From Eledone cirrhosa (Eukaryota), in NCBI GenBank assembly GCA_964016885.1, contig OZ024743.1, forward strand, positions 356,066,001-356,130,000: a DNA stretch of 64,000 nucleotides, written 5' to 3'. The position numbers and the translations under genes are program-made. Shown one piece after another: positions 40,777 through 53,209 of this stretch; position 1 is the stretch's first letter; every line of letters starts with the position of its first letter. Below the pieces are notes generated by a model. The model had not been told where the DNA came from, made no database searches, and saw only the letters and a program-made list of their open reading frames with translations.

Positions 40777-41004
40777 TGAACCTTTTTCTACCGTATTTCC
40801 AATCCAATTTTGAAAATGATGTTTTTAAAATTTGAGGAATTTAGTAAAATAAATTTTTTCATTATTAAGCTGGTGTTCAGAACATAAGTTCTTAAATAAA
40901 ATTATTATGCAAGGTTTTAATATATGAATGAACCCTTGAAAATGGGCAGTTTTGTCTCTTAGGCTGAGGGACAATTTCAATTGGGTTGCTATGAAAAAGA
41001 TTAA
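40777..41004. mobile_element. Decayed MITE family 2 copy
   Basis: Contains GAATTTAGTAAAATAA...CATTATTAAGCTGGTGTTCAGAACATAAG, the reverse complement of the family core at about 43985-44280. Confidence 0.6.
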
Positions 41005-41840
41005 ATTTAGGTTGGCCTTGAGTGAGCAGACCTTTCATCATCATCATCGTTGTTTAACATCCATTTTCAATGATAGAAGAAATGCCTGTCTTCCCACCAC
41101 CAGTCCCCATAGCATCCTTGCATGTCCTAAAAATTCACTAAAAAGTTTGGTTCAAGGAAGGACATCTTGCAGTAAAAACACTGCCTTGAAAATCTCACCC
41201 AATTCAAGTTTGCATGGAAAAGTGGATATAGAATTGATGATAATAATGATGATGTGCGCATCTAGGATTTAGGATACATTTCTCAACATCCTCCTTTATT
41301 AAAGATAGTAGGGTACAATTTGAGGCAAGGAGATTTGGTTGCTATTTCTCACATTTCAAGTGACCACATAGAGACACTTCACCTGATGGGTTTTGCATTT
41401 CTAATGAAAGATGTATATAGATAGAGGGAGGGGAAGCTAGAAAAGGAGCAGACATTATAAAACAGAGGATAAATGATAGAATGAACAGCAAAGGTGGAGC
41501 AGGTATGGATATAAATCAATGAGAAGTGTGTAGCTGGGTATAAGAAGGGTGGAAATGATGTGTTTATATTGTTGGGTAGATGATACATGTGTCTAGACAG
41601 GTATATGGGTGCATTAATAGAATTCAGATAATGGAATGCCTACATCTGGAAAAGTACTGTTGTGCTGATGGTAATGGAGGGTACTTGTGACAGAGGGCTA
41701 AGGAAGAGAAAGGAGGGGGTGAAATGGTGGCGGTGGGGTGACAGGTTAGATCACATGATGTTGGTCCCTCAATCAAAATGACAGAGAACAGTGGTAATAT
41801 ACTGTAGAAACTAATCTGTGCCAGAAAGGTAAAAACAATA

Positions 41841-42045
41841 TTAACCCTTTAGTATTTACTATATATACTATAAAGGCTTTACCTTATATAATTATCTCAC
41901 ATAATATTGAATCTATGAGATTTTGATATTTATTTTGAGAACAATACCTTAACATCAGTATGAGCAGCCGGTTATGGCTGGCTTGAACAGAAAGAGGTGA
42001 AAGAATTCTGACCGGATATGGCTGGTTTAAATGCTAAAGGGTTGA
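41841..42045 (-). mobile_element. MITE family 1 copy
   Basis: TTAACCCTTTAGTATTTA...TAAATGCTAAAGGGTTGA. Confidence 0.85.
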
Positions 42046-42399
42046 AACAACGATGATTGTTTTTGATTATATAATACTACATGCATAAAAATTTCGGAAG
42101 CTTAAATGCCAGATTTATGTATACCAAACTGCCTGACAGTGAATAGATAAAACCTGTGTGGAAGCTCAGTGAATGGACTGTACCTATAATTCAAAAGACC
42201 AGTCTTTTCACAGACTTTGTGATGCTGAATCTCCCTGACGATTACATTAGACTTTTTGATACCATCTCCCCCAAAGCTGCCCCTACTTCTATGAAGAAAA
42301 AATATACATTTTAATGGGTTCCTATTTAAATTAAAATCTTCCAACATAATTTGATATGAGAACTATTTGCTAAGTGGTGCTATAAATACCATTTTAATA

Positions 42400-42530
42400 A
42401 TTGTTTCTACTTTTGGCACAAGGCCAGCAATTATCCCAGTGCATAATGGGTGCTTTATTTTATCGACCCCGTAAGGATGAAAAGCAAAGTTAACCTCGGC
42501 GGGATTTGAACTCAAAGAGTAAAGGTTCAT
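42400..42530 (-). mobile_element. 5'-truncated SINE-B inside a MITE family 2 remnant
   Basis: TTGTTTCTACTTTTGGCACAAGGCCAGC...TCGACCCCGTAAGGATGAAAAGC...TTTGAACTC. Confidence 0.8.
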
Positions 42531-42904
42531 AACTTTATGCTGAAAAGCCATTAATTAATTCAAATATGTTCATAAAAGGGTGAAGAGTAAGCATGTCTGT
42601 GGAATACTCAGCCACTTTCATGTTAAGTTAACAAGTAGGCCACCCTATTGATCAAACAACTGGAATGCTAATTGCTGAACCAACGGAATGTCATTTACTA
42701 TTTCAAATTTTTAAGATAAAGACATCATCTAGCATTGACACTCATCAATTTGATTTGAGCATAATCAATAAGCAATTTAACTTGTTTGATATATAACTTC
42801 CAACTAATATCTTGATTAGTGAATTTTAACCTTTACAGTACCCAGTATGTAATTTATTTAAATAAATAAATATTCCCAAATGTCTACTCAACAAGCCAAT
42901 TTTA

Positions 42905-43113
42905 TTGACCCCTTTGATACAAACCTGCCTGAAACTGCCCTCGTTTTATGATACAAAACTGTTCATTTTAAAATGTTCAAATCTTTCATCATAAGTTTAA
43001 TGTTTCAATTATCAGCTTACTTACTAATGAAAAAGTTAGTCATTTTATTAAATTCTTCAAATTTTCTAAATTAATTGATAGGCAGTGTATTTCATTAGAA
43101 ATATAGTAACAAA
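42905..43113. mobile_element. MITE family 2 copy
   Basis: TTGACCCCTTTGATACAAACC...GAAATATAGTAACAAA. Confidence 0.65.
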
Positions 43114-43884
43114 CTCATAATTTTCTCAGTTTCTCAGTTTGAAATTTAGAACTTAGCTCCCCCTCCCCCATACTACTTTTGAACTGCTATGGGTCTGTAA
43201 ATTACAAGGTGGGAACTACCTGATCTAGGTGGATTTCCTAAAAATATTGATCAAGCTGAGTACTCACAAAGCTATCTAACAATATGGAGTTTAACTTGCT
43301 TGATTTAAGGATGTATGACAACAATGGTGGCAAAGAGGAAGGCTACATTTATATTACATATAATATAACTATAGTTATATTACATATAATATAACTATAG
43401 TTATATTATATTATCATATTACATTCAATGTCCTATCAAGAAATCTGAAAATGTAATTTGATAGTGGTAAAAACTATAAATTTGTCAAGGACCATCATTA
43501 TCATCATCTCTGTGATATAAAAGAATTTAAGTAGGTTAAAAAACCAATAAAGGAAAAAAGAAGAAAGTTAACTTTTATGAAAAGGCTACAACCATGGTGC
43601 TGTCTAATAAAGAGAAATTTCTAAACCAAAAAGCAAAATAAATCTTATTATAAATTGTAAAACTGTTGAGATAACGGAAACTAAAAAAGCATAAATCAGA
43701 TGAAATTTCCACTGAATTATTGGGCAGATGACATCAGAATACAATGTCCTGGATATTTCTATATATTTTTTTAAACTGGAAATTTATGGCACACAGATTT
43801 GTAAAAGTAGTTACGTAGTTACCACACTTCAGATCTTTCTTAACGGAACACATTTTAGTATTTCAGTATTAGCTGTACCTACCA

Positions 43885-44361
43885 TTACCCACTTTGATAC
43901 CAATCTGCTCGAAACCACCTCTGGTTCTATGAGACAATCACTTTATTAAAAGCTTCCATCATAATTTCATTTAAGAGCCTTTACTAAGTTATGTCTGAAA
44001 CACCAGCATACTAATTGTTTCTTATATAGGCACAAGGCCAGCAATTTTGGCGGAGGGGAAAGTCGATTAAATCGACCCCAGTGCGTGACTGGTACTTTAT
44101 TTTATCGACCCCGTAAGGATGAAAGGCGAAGTTAACCTCGCCGGGATTTGAACTCAGATCATAAAGGACTGTAACTCTATGCTGCAAAGCATGGCGTCCG
44201 GCCCGCTACCGACACTGCCAATCCACTGCCCTGAAACACCAGCATAATAATGAGAAATTTAGCTACATTACTAAATCCTTTAAAATTCTTTATTCTTTTC
44301 AAAATAATTTGAAATCCAGAGGCAGTGATTTTCATTAGAAATATAGTAACAAAAGGGTTGA
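43885..44361. mobile_element. MITE family 2 copy interrupted by SINE-B
   Basis: TTACCCACTTTGATACCAA...GTAACAAAAGGGTTGA. Confidence 0.75.
44011..44230 (-). mobile_element. Full-length tRNA-derived SINE-B
   Basis: Minus strand: A-box TGGCAGTGTCGG, B-box GAGTTCAAATCC, core GCCTTTCATCCTTACGGGGTCGATAAAATAAAGTACCAG. Perfect 16-bp TSD CTGAAACACCAGCATA at 43995-44010 and 44231-44246. Confidence 0.9.
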
Positions 44362-44400
44362 CATCTCTGTTTGCTACAATTAGAGCTTGAAAAAAAATAA

Positions 44401-44570
44401 TTGTTTCAACTTTCGGCACAAGGCCAGCAATTATCCCAGTGCATTACTGGTATTTTATTTTATCGACCCCGTAAGGATGAAAAGCAAAGTTAACCTTGGC
44501 GGGATTTGAACTCAGACCACAAAGGGATGTAACTATGCCGCAAAGCATGGTGTCCGATGCTATACTGATA
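44401..44570 (-). mobile_element. SINE-B copy
   Basis: Same core and B-box; flanked by CTTGAAAA..TAAT repeats. Confidence 0.85.
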
Positions 44571-44586
44571 CTGCCTTGAAAATAAT

Positions 44587-45120
44587 TGTTTCTACTTTTG
44601 GCACAAGGCCAGCAATTACCCAGTGCATTATGGAGGCACATGGCTTAGTGGTTAGAGCATTGGCCTTGCAATCGAAAGGTTGTGAGTTCAATTCTCAGAC
44701 CGGGTGATGTGTTGTTTCCTTGAGCAAGACACTTTATTTCACATTGCTCCAGTTTACTCAGCTGTAGAAATGAGATGATAGGGACTGGGGTCCCTATCAT
44801 TCCACTGCAAAGTGGTCGTGGAGGTGCCACGGCAAAAAAGCACCCAGCACTCACTGTAAATGAGGTTGGTGTTAGGAAGGGCATCCAGCTGTAGAAATCA
44901 AGCCAGAATCAGTTCCCGTCCCACCCTTGCAAGCAGGGAAAAGCGGACATAAAATGAAATGATGATGAATGATGATTACTGGTACTTTATTTTATCGACC
45001 CCATAAGGATGAAAAGCAAAGTTAACTTCGGCAGGATTTGAACTCAGACCATAAAGGACCGTAACTCTATGCTGCAAAGCATGGTGTCCGACTCTCTACT
45101 GATACTGCCAATCCACCGCC
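44587..45120 (-). mobile_element. SINE-B copy interrupted by SINE-A
   Basis: Perfect 16-bp TSD CTGCCTTGAAAATAAT at 44571-44586 and 45121-45136. The halves rejoin as CAGTGCATTA|CTGGTAC. Confidence 0.88.
44631..44974 (+). mobile_element. Full-length SINE-A (one internal repeat)
   Basis: A-box TGGCTTAGTGG, B-box GAGTTCAATTCT, central TCCTTGAGCAAGACACTT, (GAT)n tail, ATTA duplication. Near-identical to the reverse complement of 31348-31799. Confidence 0.9.
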
Positions 45121-45996
45121 CTGCCTTGAAAATAATAATGCCTACAAAGCAATCCTAATTTCAGGTAAACTTATCAGGTAGCCAGTCTAGTCCAGTCAAG
45201 TCCAATCCAGTGCTTGTCTTACATCTTTGATGGATGATCCAAAACAGATGGGTGAGTGGGGGAACTTTTTCATTTTGTTTTATTTTTACAGTGGAAGCAG
45301 CCTATGTTGAAGTATGATAAATGAAGCTGTATGGATAACTTTAAAAACTGAAAGTATTAAGTGATAAATATCTCCACCTCATGGCCACAGTAGGTGTTTT
45401 TCATCAGAAAGGGTCGCTAAAAGAAAGAAAACAAATTAGTGAAAATAAAAAATAAAAATAAAAATTCAGAGAACCACTGCATAAGAAATGGTGAAATGTG
45501 ACAAATGATATATATGCCAAATCTATAAAAGCAGTAAAAGTTCTCTTTTTAAGGTTAAGACGTACAGATGAGACCTTCAATGACAAAAAAGTGTTGACAT
45601 AAATTACACGATTTACAAGCTACCCCTCAAATAAACCTTAACCACGGTGAAACACTAGATTACGTTCTGTGGTTGAAAAAAACTAGGATTATCATTATCA
45701 TAATGTTTTGCCTACTTTCTATGCAAGCATGGGTTGGACAGGTCATCAGGGTCCTAGAGGCTAGATACATTGGAGAACCTTAGCTTGCTCATATGTATCA
45801 TTTGTTACTGTTCCTTGTGCACTAGAGCCAGTTGTGTTGACCTTAAAACATCAAAACAACATATCTCTAGCAGTTGACTGATGAGATGGGAATACTGTCT
45901 GTATTTGTTCATTTTCCAGTCTTCACCCATATTTTTTATCCACATATATATGGTAACCACTACATTTCAACTCAACTATGTATGAAACATCTAGAG

Positions 45997-46467
45997 CAGA
46001 GGTTTCCAAACTGGGTGTTGTAACACTTATAGTGTCAGTGATGATCCCTAGGTGTATCATGAAATGAATTAAATCAGATTAATTTTTGTAAATATTTGGC
46101 AGTGAAATATATTTGGGAGCTGACAATTTTGCATATAATTTAGACATGTGACATGATATTTGATTGTTCATGTATTATTTTATTACTTTCCTGTTGCTAA
46201 CAATTTTGATAATCAACTTAGTCAAAACAGCCCATGATTCTATGAAACAAAACCACTCTTTTTAAAAGGTTCCTATATAAATTTTAATCTCCCAACATAA
46301 TTTCATATAAGAACCTTTTAAGTTATGTTACAAATACCAACTTAATGAAAAACTTTTAGTAAATCCTCCCAAATTCTTCATTAATTTACTGCAGTGTATT
46401 TCAATAGAAATATGGCAACAAAGGGGTTAAAAGTGTTTCACAAATGTAGAATCTTTGGAAAACTCTG
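45997..46467. mobile_element. hAT (Charlie-like) non-autonomous element with a nested MITE family 2 fragment (about 46240-46430)
   Basis: TIRs CAGAGGTTTCCAAA / TTTGGAAAACTCTG; 8-bp TSD ATCTAGAG / ATCTAAAG. Confidence 0.8.
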
Positions 46468-47019
46468 ATCTAAAGAAGTAAAAGTAGGTATCACTAAGAA
46501 TTTTTGAAAATATTTGAATCTAACTTCTAATGTTCTTTTTCTTAGAGAGCATCTAAAAAGAAACATTTTGATACCTCATTTGTGAAAATTGGATGAATAG
46601 TTTAATATGACAATTTGAATAGTTTGCAAATTGGTTGAAATCCTGCTTAATTAGGCCTAAATTAGTCATATTTGTTATGTTATATCCTTGATAATCATCT
46701 CCAAATTACCGAAATAGTGGGTTTTGCAGTTGCCTATTTTTTTCCAGGTTTTTTTAAATAAAACGGGGGGGGGGGGGATTTATGTAAAGCCTAATTAGTT
46801 GCAAGCATAAGCTTTTCGTGTTTTCAGACCCAGCTAAATCCCAAACTTTTGGCATATTTATAGTAGGTATAGAACTAAATAAATTGCGAGTTTTTGGGAC
46901 ATATTACAATTTCAATAAAATGTTAATGGGCTATAAATTACAATGATCAAAGGCCGTCGCAAGCTTTCCATGCACTTTCAGATATGGTTATATTGCAATG
47001 CATTATTTGCAAGGGCTCA

Positions 47020-47123
47020 AATGCCGCCGAGGTTAACTTTGCCTTTCATCTTTACGGGGTCGATAACATAAAGTACCAGTAATGTACTGGGTAATTCATG
47101 ACCATGTGCCAAAAGTAGAAACA
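47020..47123 (+). mobile_element. 5'-truncated SINE-B
   Basis: Perfect 18-bp TSD ATTATTTGCAAGGGCTCA at 47002-47019 and 47124-47141. Confidence 0.9.
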
Positions 47124-47310
47124 ATTATTTGCAAGGGCTCAGTTTTGATATACTGGTACGGGGGTATAAAACTGAATCCTGTCTGTAACTTTGGAGCTAT
47201 ACAATACATTTAATAGGTATCTCTGTAGAGCTCCATGGAAGAGGTGACACACACACAGTTTGCTCGATCATCATGTCAAAATACATTTATATGATTTGAA
47301 AATTCTGAAT

Positions 47311-48528
47311 GTGTTAGTAATATCTATCAATAAAATTATTCAATTTTATTTAATGAAACTTTCTCAGAATTGCATATAGACCTAGATTAAAAAACAAAGA
47401 AATTGTGAAAATTAATTCCTGTAAGCAAACTCATTCATAGGAGAGAGAGAAAAGAAAAGAAAACCAAATTGGCTCTACATGTGAAAATATAAACTGGCAG
47501 AAATTATCCAACTGTATTCAAAATCAGAAGAAAAAAAACATCATATCGCACTTTAATAGTCTACAAAATAATATTCTTTTTCTTCTTCACCCACTTATTC
47601 CTGAGAGGGTTGTGGGCGCAGATTCCTCAAACACTCCTTCCAGCAGGCCCTATCAGGAGCAACCATCTCCAAATGATCTGGCTGGATCCCCGAGCATGAC
47701 CAGCCAAGCTCATGGATGTTATCCAACCATTTTACTTGGTGTTTACCCCGGAGCCTCCTGCCGGTTACTTTTGCCCATAAAATCTGTCCAGCGATTCTTT
47801 CTTGAGACATTCTAGCTACAAGCCCATAGTATCAGAGCTGTGACCCCTTAATTCAGAGAAGTAGTGGCTCTATCTTGAGTGAAACTCTGATCTCCAAGCT
47901 ACACACTCCAAAGTAACATTACTCCAAAGACATTTTGGAGAAACCCCATTTCAGTCGCTTGTATTTGCAATCGTATTCTTCCGGTCATTATCTAAGGGTT
48001 GGCACAAATACAGAATTGAAGATAGTGAGTTTGGCTTTTACACCTACCTCATTGCACAATATAATTTTTATTGGCAAAATTTGACTAATATTTCTCAAAG
48101 AAAAACGAAAATTCTGACTTTGCTCTCCACATGTTAAAACAGCAAGACGGAATAAACAATATTCTCAATATGATGATTCCATGCTAATTTTGGTTAGAAT
48201 TTTCCTTTTTCTTTGAGAAATATTGGTCAAATTTCGCCAATAAAAATTATATTGTGTAATGAATATTATTTAGTAGAGTAATAAAGTCTGATGTGATGTT
48301 TTTCTTTTTTGATCTTGAATACAGTCAGATAATTTCTACCAGAGTTTACATTTTAACAAGTAGTGCCAATTCATTTTGTTGTTTCTTTCTCTCTCGCCTT
48401 CTAATGAGTTAATGGAAGAAATTAGTTTTCACATTTTGTTTTTAATCTAAGTCTACATGCAATTCTGAGAAAGTTTCATTAATAATTAAATAAAATTGAA
48501 TAATTTTGTTGATAAACATCACTAACAC
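47311..48528. mobile_element. Foldback element with ~335-bp diverged inverted arms; left arm split by an RTE fragment
   Basis: 47311-47576 plus 48051-48118 are the reverse complement of 48193-48528; spacer about 75 bp. Confidence 0.85.
47577..48050 (-). mobile_element. RTE-clade LINE 3' fragment
   Basis: GRRLRG..KWLDNI...DRACWK; (GAA)n/A tail; homologous to 54843-55180. Confidence 0.8.
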
Positions 48529-50801
48529 TTTGTAATAGGACTGTTTAGTAACACAAATGCTAATGTTTGGTCCTAGAAGATTTATGGAGCTCAATTTAGT
48601 GCATACATTGTAGAAATATATGTTTTCTTAACAATTAGTTAATCTATTTCATGAAATTCTAGCTCAAACTTGATATTTGAAGCCTTGGATTTGTGATCCG
48701 TTTCAGCTCTCACCACACGGGAATATGCCATTTAGACAAGATGTTCAGAGTAGCAATGTCTGTATTGAATTTGCAAGAAATTTTTCTTTCTCATGGTATA
48801 AAAATCTTGAAGAAAATATGTTCTTTTTATCAGTGAAAATTTATAAAACTTTCACTTTTATATTTCATAACAATTATCTGACCTACCCCATCAATTTTTA
48901 TATCAAAATAAAGCAAAAGAAGTCGTCTTCATGACTGTATTATTTTCAACACAAATTGAGTTTTAGTGCTCCAGTGCATTGAACTAGAATTAGTGTTACC
49001 ATTCATCAAGTCAAAAACAAAAATAGAACAAAAGGTTGTAAATGTGTGGAAATACGAGGGTGATTGAGAGGATCTGGCATGATATGTAAGTGTCAGATTT
49101 TGATCACAAGAAGAAAGTTCACATATAAATGATATATAATTGTCCACAAAAAAAAAACAAAAAAAAACGTATTTTGATATGAAAATAATTAAGCAAAAAG
49201 TAGATTGTTGTGTGGTGAAACTGTGCTTATCCCCCTTCTATGGGGCTCTACTGTGATACCTAATAGAAGAGACAATCTTTCATCTACATCCCCATACCAA
49301 TAAAGATCATAATCCTGTTACAATGCTTGAATCTGCCAATCCAGTATTCCAGTCTGGATGTTTATATACCACTAGGCTTGTATTCCATTGTCATACACTT
49401 CTTCTCTTTTGCTACAGTTATTTACACTACTTTCCACACAAACAGCAACCATATCACATTATTGTGACCATGTTCTTTGGGAAGGGATAGCCAGAACTTT
49501 TGTTGAGTACATAAATTTATCATCATTTTTTAAAGGTTTAATTGATCTTTAAGAGATTTTTATTCAGGTAACGAAGGTTGGGCATCACATTTGTGGCAGG
49601 GAGTTAAGGTTTAAAGGGATTAAGTTATTTGGTTTGTGTATAAAAAATAGTTGTATTGTAGTCGAAAAGAGGGAGGGAAATAAAATAAAAATACTGCAGC
49701 CTATAATGTCAGGATGAAATTATGCAGTGCCATAAACTGAGGACCATTTCTCTGCAAACAAAACATTGTAACCTGAGGTACAAGATGTACTGTTCCAACT
49801 GCTTGAACAGTATTCAAATTTGTTAAGTCCATCCTAAATTATTATGCTAAAGTAAGTCACCAAAAGTCAGTACAATCTCTATGACAACACAATATAAACC
49901 CAAGTGGAAATGGTTCTAAGTCAACAAGTAGAAAGCATTATTGAAACTTGAGTATTACATGGACCTGACAAAAACCAAATGGTATATCTAAGCTTGGTTT
50001 GATGGTTGTGTGGAAAGGTCAGAGCATAAATCATATAAATCAACAATGCTTAAATCTCCTCTTTTCAGTCCCAACTCATTTATAAATAAAACTATTCTCA
50101 TACACTCCAAATCCATAATTTGTTTGAAGTGAATCCAGGGGAAAATAGAAAGAAACATCACACAGCACATGCATACTTTAAGCTTGCTCACTTTTTATTT
50201 TCTCTTTCATTTCCTCTACTGATTATTATTCCATAAGAAAGTGACTTATTCACTGATCCAACTCCACATTCCTGCCCACCTCAATCAATCAATCAATCAA
50301 TCAATCAACCAACCACACCCTTCTTATCCTTGCATAGTTGAAGAGTTGTTGGCATCAGAAAAGACCAGGGTAGCTGTAAATTCATACATGACCAAACCAA
50401 CTTCAATTCTCAATACAGTGAACATCCAATGAAATAAGTGGACGCAGATAATTCTTCATTTGTTGGCATCAGTCGGTCAAGCATCAATGGATTTACATGC
50501 CGAGACGGCTGTAATCCATCTCTTTTCAATATATTCGATCTGTGTAAGTATCAAAGACTTCTAAGCGAAACTTCACTGGGTCAATATTGTTCAAAGAATA
50601 TCAATCAAAATCCTATTTACGATATTTAAATTCCTTACAGGGAATTATTACTTCAGAATAAGAATTTCTACATATGCTGGACATAATAACATTCATTTAT
50701 GAACTGAAGATATAGTGACTGACTGATCTCCATCAAGATGCCAAGATATTGAAATACACTTCTTACTGATCTCTGACTGTCTAGCTTCACAAATATATAT
50801 G

Positions 50802-50808
<7 letters not shown>

Positions 50809-50860
<52 letters not shown>
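50809..50860. repeat. (TA)n microsatellite
   Basis: Direct reading. Confidence 0.95.
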
Positions 50861-50862
<2 letters not shown>

Positions 50863-50959
50863 ATAAATATATATGTATGAATATGTGTGTGTATGTGTAT
50901 CGTCATCATTTAACGTGTATTTACTTTCTTAGCAAGGGTTAGACACACACACATATATA

Positions 50960-51100
50960 GATTAATAAATATACACACACACACACACACAGATTAATAC
51001 ATATACAATATACACACACACGCACACATAGATTAATACATATACAATATACACACACACGCACACATAGATTAATACATATACAATATACATACACACA
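50960..51100. repeat. Short minisatellite, unit about GATTAATACATATACAATATA(CA)nCGCACACATA, 3-4 copies
   Basis: GATTAAT recurs at about 50960, 50991, 51031 and 51070. Confidence 0.85.
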
Positions 51101-51335
51101 CACACACATACACATACAGAGAGAGAGAGAGAGAGATACATATATGTGTGTGCATATATACATCTATGTACATGTCAACTAGATTTATTTTGGGCGAAAA
51201 ACGATGCTACAAATTTTTCTAGGTGGGAAATGACAAGGGGGTTAAGGGTTTGGCGCTAGAAATGAGGAAGGTTTCAGGCTCCTGGAAATCTGCGATGCTA
51301 ATGATCTATCCATTTGTAACATGAATTTCTTATAC

Positions 51336-51552
51336 ACCTCCCAACATAACCTAGTAGTTAGCAACTTTACAGCTACACAAACTTGGAAGTTTGGAGGAGA
51401 AGGACATGTAAGTTGAGGGAGCCCTTGACTGGTGACAAATTCAGGGATGTCCTGTTTGATGCTTTTGACAGCAAGGAAGAAGAGATAGAGACTTATAACA
51501 CAGGAGAACAGTGGGGGTTTCTGAGTGATAACCTGCTGAAGGTCATTGACAA
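51336..51552 (+). mobile_element. Decayed internal RTE LINE fragment
   Basis: Aligns to 34225-34460 (CCTCCCAACATA..CTAGT; GACAG.AA.GAAGAA.AGATAGAGAC). Confidence 0.75.
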
Positions 51553-51734
51553 AATTTAAAAAATAAACAATTACATATCGTGTAACACACAACCAGTAAT
51601 ATTTCTAATTGTATACAGAGTCATTGACAGATCTCAAATATACTTCACAGACACATAATCATAATATAATGACAGTTGACTTAAATTTGCAATACACCTA
51701 GAGATGACTAGAGATTATCAGTGACATACTAAAG

Positions 51735-52052
51735 CAGGGATGTGCAACATAGTCCATTGGCGAGCCACTTTTGAACATTGGAACAACTATTAGGGCCATT
51801 AATATTTATTAAGCACTATTCCAAAGATTCACCACAACTTCTTTCCATAACATGGAACTGGGAAATTATAACACACATAACCCTATCAGTGAAGTCCTTT
51901 AGTATAGGTCAACTAACAGAAAATTGTATTACGGTTACGAAAAAAAATTGTAAATAACTCTACAAAGTAAAAATTAAAAATGGTCATTCTGGGCCACTGA
52001 CTGGTCTGGCAGGCCGGAATGTGGCCTGTGGGCCGCCTGTTGCATGCCCTTG
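51735..52052. mobile_element. hAT MITE
   Basis: TIRs CAGGGATGTGCAACA / TGTTGCATGCCCTTG; perfect 8-bp TSD TACTAAAG at 51727-51734 and 52053-52060. Confidence 0.88.
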
Positions 52053-52309
52053 TACTAAAGTGATATGACACAAAGTTTGGAAACCATAATCATACCACCA
52101 ACACCAAATTAATATTATCTGGTTTTATGACACTCTATCACCACACATCAGCACCATGTCAGAATCACCATATATGCTGCACAACTTCTAACTTAAACTT
52201 TGTCAGTGTTCATATGGAATGAGTTGAGCCAGCTTCAACCAAGTGATTCAACAAAATTGCAAACAGAAGATGACTACCTTTTGCAATCACAACTATCTGA
52301 TACACATTG

Positions 52310-52819
52310 GCACTCCAGCTGTTCCAACTATGAGTGTTCCAGTTGTTTGATCAACAGGACAGCCTGCTTGTGAAATTTACATATAAGTGGCTGAACATTC
52401 CACCGACATGTGTACTTTTAACCCTTTAGCATTCACATCACTCTATATTTACTATTATATTTTCATGGTAAAGGCTTTACCTCATATAATTATCGCACAT
52501 AATATCGAATCTATCTATAAGATTTTGATATTATTTATTTTGAGAACAATACATTAACATTAGTATGAGCAGCCAGTTTGAACAGAAAGAGGTGAGAGAA
52601 TTCTGGCCGGATATGGCCAATTTAGATGCTAAAGGGTTAATGTAGTTCTCAGGAAGATTCAGACAAACTTCTTTCAATTGCAGGTAGAGACAAATTTTGC
52701 CAGCTGAATGAACTAGAGCAATGTGAAATAAAGTGAATTGCTCAAGGACACAATGTGTCCCCATGAATCAACTTTACAACCTTACGATCTAGATCCGAAT
52801 ACCCTATGCCACATGCCTT
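52310..52819 (-). mobile_element. Old SINE (SINE-A-like head, different body) interrupted by a MITE
   Basis: GAGCAATGTGAAATAAAGTG..TTGCTCAAGGA matches the SINE-A central domain. The body matches 28320-28395 and 42590-42670 in reverse. Confidence 0.6.
52418..52640 (-). mobile_element. MITE family 1 copy
   Basis: TTAACCCTTTAGCAT...ATGCTAAAGGGTTAA. Confidence 0.9.
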
Positions 52820-52942
52820 CTACATATGTGACATATAGATTGTCAAACAGGCATTACTCAAACAGCAGACAGAATATATACAAGAAACAGATTTCAATTC
52901 AAGATTTGACTTGTTTGTACTGATTCAACTTGCTGTTTACAC

Positions 52943-53209
52943 CAGCGGTCCCCAACCACCAGGCCACAAAGAAAAAATTAACTTGTTTAAAATCATATAA
53001 TAGATAAATTGAATATTGGACTTTAATCTAAAAAGATGTACATGTGAGTCAAAAGATTATACACTTTTTCTTCTCTTTAATAAACCGCTCTTTTTATTGC
53101 TTTCTTAATTGAAGTGCACTTAAACAAGACACATGTGCAACTACCGGTCCGCAGAAAGACTTTCTAGCATAAAGCCTGTCTGTGGTATAAAAATGGTTGT
53201 AGGCCACTG
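52943..53209. mobile_element. hAT (Charlie/MER1-like) MITE
   Basis: TIRs CAGCGGTCCCCAACC / GGTTGTAGGCCACTG; TSD GTTTACAC / GTTTATAT. Confidence 0.7.

Noticed and set aside
43350-43407. 26-bp tandem duplication containing the palindrome ATATAACTATAGTTATAT
   Set aside because: Low-complexity AT-rich slippage product with no other support.
44631-44705. tRNA gene (also 31730-31799 and the SINE-B heads)
   Set aside because: A and B boxes are present, but there is no convincing cloverleaf and the sequence continues into SINE body and tail.
45252-45291. GTGAGT...TTTTACAG 40-nt mini-intron
   Set aside because: Very short, and the flanking frames close quickly with no recognisable protein.
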